A stretch of DNA of 32,000 nt from Candidatus Baldrarchaeum yapensis (GTDB taxonomy: Archaea > Asgardarchaeota > Baldrarchaeia > Baldrarchaeales > Baldrarchaeaceae): NCBI GenBank assembly GCA_016840465.1, contig JAEOSH010000012.1:1-32000 (forward strand), written 5' to 3'. Positions 27,518 through 32,000 of the stretch are shown here, one piece after another; within the stretch, counting starts at the first letter, position 1, and every line of letters begins with the position of its first letter. Below the pieces are notes generated by a model. The model made no database searches. It was not told where the DNA came from and worked only from the letters and a program-made list of their open reading frames with translations. The translations under genes were made by a program, and so were the position numbers.

Positions 27518-27671
27518 GGATATCCCTCTCGGTCTTAGTAGTTCTTCCTTTTAAACTTTCCGGCAGATAGAATAACTTCTCACAATAGTTTCTCAATTTC
27601 GGAATTTGCGAGCGGAATCTAAACACTCATGGCAGGAGCATATAGTTGAGTTACTACTTTAAGCGGAATTG

Positions 27672-27678
27672 TTTAAAG
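27672..27678 (+). promoter_or_regulatory. TATA box for the box C/D sRNA
   Basis: TTTAAAG ends 22 nt before the first base of the 15-bp stem (27701), consistent with archaeal TATA-to-TSS spacing. Confidence 0.6.
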
Positions 27679-27700
27679 TTCAACGAATATAGAACTATAC

Positions 27701-27781
27701 TGATCCGGCAAAGGTAAGGATGAATACTTCCGGCGCCGATTTGGTGACGATAAGGCATTTATCTGAACCTTTGCCGGATCA
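27701..27781 (+). ncRNA. Box C/D methylation guide sRNA
   Basis: C box AGGAUGA 27717-27723; 12-nt guide; D' CCGA 27736-27739; C' GUGACGA 27744-27750; 12-nt guide; D CUGA 27763-27766; flanked by perfect 15-bp inverted repeat TGATCCGGCAAAGGT / ACCTTTGCCGGATCA. Confidence 0.9.
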
Positions 27782-27884
27782 TCTCGGCGTAACGTAATTT
27801 GGGAGGTATTACTTTCATCCGAATCAATTTTATAATGCAAAGCAAGGGATGTTTGAATAGTTTTGATCCAAGGTGCACGTTGAC

Positions 27885-29537
27885 ATGAGAACAAGATACA
27901 TTTTCGTAACCGGAGGAGTGATGTCCGGTATAGGAAAAGGCGTCACTACCGCCTCCATCGGGAAACTTTTCCAGTTTCGCGATTACACCGTTGACGCCAT
28001 TAAGATAGACCCTTATCTCAACGTGGACCCTGGAACTCTCAATCCCATCGAGCATGGGGAGGTGTTCGTAACAGAAGAGGTTTGGGAATTCGAGCCAGTG
28101 AAAGGAATGAAATTCAGAATCTCCGAAATAGATCAGGACTTCGGAACCTATGAGAGATTTCTGGGAAAAAACATTCACCCTAGGAATAATATCACGAGTG
28201 GACAGGTATACCTATCGGTAATTCTCAAGGAGAGGGCGGGGGAATTTCTCGGAAAGACTGTGCAAATAATTCCGCATATAACGGACGAAATAAAAAGGAG
28301 AATACGGCAGGTCGCCGAAGAGGAACAACCCGACATACTCATGGTTGAGGTTGGTGGAACGGTCGGCGATATAGAAGCAATGCCATACCTAGAAGCAATT
28401 AGACAATTTAGACTTGAGGAGCCTAGATGGGCAACCGCATTAGTCCACGTTACCGTCGTTCCTCGACTAAAAACCGTCGGTGAGCATAAGACGAAGCCGA
28501 CCCAGCATAGCGTGAAACTATTACAAGGAATGGGTCTACAGCCCGATGTAATAGTTTGCAGAAGCGATACGTTTCTCTCTGATAATATTAAAAGGAAGAT
28601 AAGCCTATTTTGTAATGTTCCCCCAGAAGCGGTTATTTCAAACCCCGATCTTGAATGTGTCTATGAACTGCCACTAATATTCGAGAGGCAGGGACTTGGA
28701 GACTACCTCTGTAAGTTATTAAACCTAGAGCCTCGCAAACCTTACACCGAGAAATGGAAAAAAGTGGTATCTAGGTTTAAGAATGCGAGAAGAAAAGTAC
28801 GTATAGCACTTCCCGGAAAATACACAGCAATCCATGACAGTTATATATCGATAAACGAGGCATTATCGCACGCGGCGGCATATTTGGACGCAAAAGTAGA
28901 GATATCATGGCTTGATTCCGAAAAATTCGAAAAGGATAAGAAATCTATGGAAACATTGAGCGAATATGATGGAATTCTGCTAACGCCAGGATTTGGAAGT
29001 AGGGGAGTGGAGGGAATGATCCTTTCTGCGATTTATGCGATGAAAAACGACGTGCCATTTTTAGGAATATGTTTTGGCGCTCAACTATTTTTCGTGGCAT
29101 TCTGCAGGGAATATTTGGGACTGGAAGGAGCGAACAGTACAGAAGTTGACCCGAATACAAAGTTCCCGGTCGTGGATTTACTTCCGGAACAGAAGCGCAT
29201 AACTGCCAAGGGCGGAACCATGAGATTGGGAGGGCATGAGGTAATAATCGAGGAGGGTACAAGATTATACGACGCCTACAAGAGAAGAGTGGTGATCGAG
29301 AGATTCCGTCACCGTTACCACATAATAAGAGAGTTCGCAAAGAGGGGAGAGGAGTACGGCCTCGTGATATCCGCATACGACAAAACCGGTCGGATAATAA
29401 ACGCAATAGAACTTGAAGATGCAAAGTGGATGGTTGGCGTTCAGTTCCACCCGGAGTTTAAGAGCCGACCGGATGCACCATCACCCATATATCTAGCATT
29501 TGTTAAAGAATGCTTAGAGTACAGAAGTAAGAGGTAA
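27885..29537 (+). CDS. pyrG: CTP synthase
   Basis: YIFVTGGVMSGIGKG, KIDPYLNVDPGT, EVGGTVGDIE, KTKPTQHSV, GICFG (catalytic Cys) and QFHPEF. Start ATG 27885. Confidence 0.97.
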   Translation: MRTRYIFVTGGVMSGIGKGVTTASIGKLFQFRDYTVDAIKIDPYLNVDPGTLNPIEHGEVFVTEEVWEFEPVKGMKFRISEIDQDFGTYERFLGKNIHPRNNITSGQVYLSVILKERAGEFLGKTVQIIPHITDEIKRRIRQVAEEEQPDILMVEVGGTVGDIEAMPYLEAIRQFRLEEPRWATALVHVTVVPRLKTVGEHKTKPTQHSVKLLQGMGLQPDVIVCRSDTFLSDNIKRKISLFCNVPPEAVISNPDLECVYELPLIFERQGLGDYLCKLLNLEPRKPYTEKWKKVVSRFKNARRKVRIALPGKYTAIHDSYISINEALSHAAAYLDAKVEISWLDSEKFEKDKKSMETLSEYDGILLTPGFGSRGVEGMILSAIYAMKNDVPFLGICFGAQLFFVAFCREYLGLEGANSTEVDPNTKFPVVDLLPEQKRITAKGGTMRLGGHEVIIEEGTRLYDAYKRRVVIERFRHRYHIIREFAKRGEEYGLVISAYDKTGRIINAIELEDAKWMVGVQFHPEFKSRPDAPSPIYLAFVKECLEYRSKR

Positions 29538-29541
29538 GGAG

Positions 29542-30699
29542 ATGTCAAATGTTTCAAAAAGCATAGAGGGCCTGGTACGAAAAATAATAATGTTAGAGGA
29601 AGAGAAGGAGGTATTCGTAAACATACTAAGACGGGTAAAGTACAAAATCAGCACCGATATGCTCCCCAAGCCTTTAACATGGAACATACTGGAGAAACAG
29701 TTCGTATATGGCGTCATCCCTACATCTCTCAATGGCTTGCGAATAGCAGGTATCGATGGAGGTGTTGTCACTCGATATCTTCAGACATTTGACCTCGTCA
29801 TTACCCGAGCAGTCGCTGCAATTTTTCATTTTTCCGGAGACAGTTTGAAGGTGGAGTACTTCCCAGAAAAATTCCCTTCGCCAGAAATACTTCTCGACAT
29901 GGCGCCCTCGAGCATAGCCGACTCGGAGATAAACGCATCACTTGAGAGAGTAAGAGCGGAGCTTGATGTTGCAATGAAACTGATAGATGAGTACAGCGTA
30001 GATGTCATACTAATGGACGGGTCTATAATTCCGCAAATGAGCGACAGGCCACCAGCCTACTCAACTGAGTTAAATGCAAAGTACAGGGAAATAGTCACCA
30101 AGTACCTAGAACTGTATGATAGGTGTTCAGAAAACGATATTTTGCTTGCTGGGGTGATAAAGGACAGCAGAAGTTCCCGTTTTATGAGTATTCTCTCAAG
30201 GCTACTACCCCATATGATCCGTCAATATCCCGAATTAAGGGATCTGTTGAGGATAGATTACCGCAGGATACTGCTAAATTTCAAGGATACCGATTTTCTC
30301 TTCCGATTTTTAAACGTGAAGGAGCGCACGACTGTTTTTAGATTCTCAGAGAAATGGTTTGAAAGCCTATCAGAAATGGGAATTGATGCCGAGAAAAAAC
30401 TACGCGAGATGTTTTGCATCTTTTACATAAAACCGGCGGAGTTCGATGTCCCCCTAAGAATAGAATTTTTATCCGCAGGTAAGGACCCAGGTACTATCGC
30501 AGAAAGGCTATCCTCAATAATTTACCCATTATCCTCCCATCACCCAGAGTATGCGTTACCATCAGTTCTCATAGAAGCGGACGCGATGGCCAAGATTCTT
30601 GAGACTGATCTCGAGATAATATATGAGAGTTTGGTGAACAAGATAGGATTCTCACCATCTCTGCTGAGATTACGAAGAGAGCGAAGCCCATTCTTCTAG
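29542..30699 (+). CDS. nurA: DNA double-strand break repair nuclease NurA
   Basis: IAGIDGG, ILMDGSI, LLAGVIKDS, PLRIE and YALPSVLIEAD motifs; directly upstream of herA. Confidence 0.92.
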   Translation: MSNVSKSIEGLVRKIIMLEEEKEVFVNILRRVKYKISTDMLPKPLTWNILEKQFVYGVIPTSLNGLRIAGIDGGVVTRYLQTFDLVITRAVAAIFHFSGDSLKVEYFPEKFPSPEILLDMAPSSIADSEINASLERVRAELDVAMKLIDEYSVDVILMDGSIIPQMSDRPPAYSTELNAKYREIVTKYLELYDRCSENDILLAGVIKDSRSSRFMSILSRLLPHMIRQYPELRDLLRIDYRRILLNFKDTDFLFRFLNVKERTTVFRFSEKWFESLSEMGIDAEKKLREMFCIFYIKPAEFDVPLRIEFLSAGKDPGTIAERLSSIIYPLSSHHPEYALPSVLIEADAMAKILETDLEIIYESLVNKIGFSPSLLRLRRERSPFF

Positions 30700-30752
30700 A
30701 TCATTCCGTTAAAATTAAAAATTCGGAATACCAGAAGTTGATGGGGACATAA

Positions 30753-32000
30753 ATGAGAAAGGAGATAGGGACCATAATATGCACCGGTCGTTCACCCTGT
30801 GCATCCGAGTTTGATTTCGTAGTGACGGACAATTCATCCCCGATACCGGTGAGAAAGGGTCAATTTGTGGAGGTAAAGACCGAGGAAGGCATCATAATAG
30901 GTCAGGTTACCGAAGTCGTTAAAACGAATAGGTACTTCATGCATGCAGACGCGGTGAGAGAGTTCGAAAGGAGCGGATACTTGGTATCATCGATATTCCC
31001 GGTCGACAGATGGGAATATATAATAGGTAAGGCAATTGCACTCGCTGTCCTAACGAAAAACGGCATAGAGAGGGTGACATTCCCGCCCTCACCCGGAGAT
31101 AGGGTGTTTTTGGCAGATGAAGAAGTACTTCCAAAGTTCTTAGGCTTTGATATGGCGAATGGGGTCGAAATAGGAACCCTAATGTACCATGATGTTCCCG
31201 TGAGGCTAGATCTAACAAGACTTCTCCAAAAGCATGTGGCAATTCTCGCAATGTCGGGTGCTGGAAAGTCTTACCTTGCATCTATACTTATGGAGGAACT
31301 TCTGCTGAGAAGACCCGAACAGGGACGGATCGGTGTGATCGTGATAGACGTGCATGGCGAGTATGTTTCAATGGCCGAAAAATGCGAAGATAGCAATTTA
31401 ATAGACTTCTCAGACAAGATTTCGGTTATAGATGCCTCCTATTTTCAAATATCTGTGCCCTTACTATCAGAGCGTGACCTCGCAGAGTACCAACCGCAGA
31501 TGACACCTATCCAAATCAGAGAACTGGGGCGTATAATAAGTGCTCGTAGGAGGAAAATGCTAGAAAAGGGGGAGCCTTATGACTTAAAGCAAATAATTCA
31601 GGACGTGGAACGAGATGAACGGATACAACCACGAACAAAGGAGGCGCTTCTCGGATGGCTCTACGATCTCGAATCAACAGGACTATTTGGCCCTACAGAA
31701 TCACCAATACTCGAAAACATAATAAAACCCGGACATGCAACGATAATAGACCTTAGCGGAATCGTTAGCCTCAGAAAAAAGCAGATAATTGTCGCCTATA
31801 TGCTGAGAAGACTATTTGATCTGCGAAAGAGAAATGTAATACCGCCGTTTCTGGCAATAATCGAGGAGGCGCATCAATTCTGCCCAGAAGCCAGAAGAGA
31901 ACTTGCAATTTCAAAGAGCATAATAGAAACAATAGCGAGGGAGGGAAGGAAGTTCTTTGCATCATTGTGTTTAATAAGTCAGCGACCCGTCAGACTATCA
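30753..32000 (+). CDS. herA: HerA helicase/translocase, 5' part only (runs off the window end; absent from ORF track)
   Basis: Hand translation MRKEIGTII...VRKGQFVEV (HAS barrel), KHVAILAMSGAGKSY (Walker A), IDVHGEY, IIEEAHQFCPE and IAREGRKF...ISQRP; frame appears open through 32000. Confidence 0.93.
   Translation, partial: MRKEIGTIICTGRSPCASEFDFVVTDNSSPIPVRKGQFVEVKTEEGIIIGQVTEVVKTNRYFMHADAVREFERSGYLVSSIFPVDRWEYIIGKAIALAVLTKNGIERVTFPPSPGDRVFLADEEVLPKFLGFDMANGVEIGTLMYHDVPVRLDLTRLLQKHVAILAMSGAGKSYLASILMEELLLRRPEQGRIGVIVIDVHGEYVSMAEKCEDSNLIDFSDKISVIDASYFQISVPLLSERDLAEYQPQMTPIQIRELGRIISARRRKMLEKGEPYDLKQIIQDVERDERIQPRTKEALLGWLYDLESTGLFGPTESPILENIIKPGHATIIDLSGIVSLRKKQIIVAYMLRRLFDLRKRNVIPPFLAIIEEAHQFCPEARRELAISKSIIETIAREGRKFFASLCLISQRPVRLS

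Noticed and set aside
50-31965. The many short ORFs in the track that overlap recognised genes (e.g. 2154..2384, 9047..9496, 25457..25840, 28945..29424)
   Set aside because: Shadow or alternate-frame ORFs inside well-supported genes, with no recognisable motifs or SD sites.
1-32000. Mobile elements, CRISPR arrays, tRNA or rRNA genes
   Set aside because: No transposase or integrase motifs, regularly spaced repeats, cloverleaf or rRNA-like sequence were seen; intergenic spacers are short and accounted for.

Overview
Gene-dense, core-genome window from a thermophilic archaeon, most plausibly an Asgard lineage. That placement is an inference from four roadblock genes around a small GTPase plus eS30, TFE-beta and BpsA; a TACK-related origin cannot be excluded. 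About 37 protein genes cover RNA modification and ribosome biogenesis (nop5, fibrillarin, gar1, rlmE, trm1, srp19, eS30, eS8), nucleotide synthesis (pyrD, pyrK, purA, pyrG), polyamine synthesis (bpsA, speE), ADP-forming acetyl-CoA synthetase, a GPN GTPase, alaS and the start of a nurA-herA repair locus. No mobile element, CRISPR array, tRNA or rRNA gene was seen. Two things stand out. (1) An unannotated box C/D guide RNA at 27701-27781, with two 12-nt guides, exact K-turn geometry, a perfect 15-bp terminal stem and its own TATA box; one guide appears to target the 23S adenosine equivalent to yeast 25S Am2281. (2) A module of four different roadblock/LC7 proteins plus an MglA-type GTPase at 15450-17793; it includes an MglB-like protein with a C-terminal helix and a short roadblock resembling eukaryotic dynein light chain DYNLRB, and it is physically joined to polyamine synthesis genes. 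All family assignments come from motifs recognised by eye and from recalled sequences; no database search was run.
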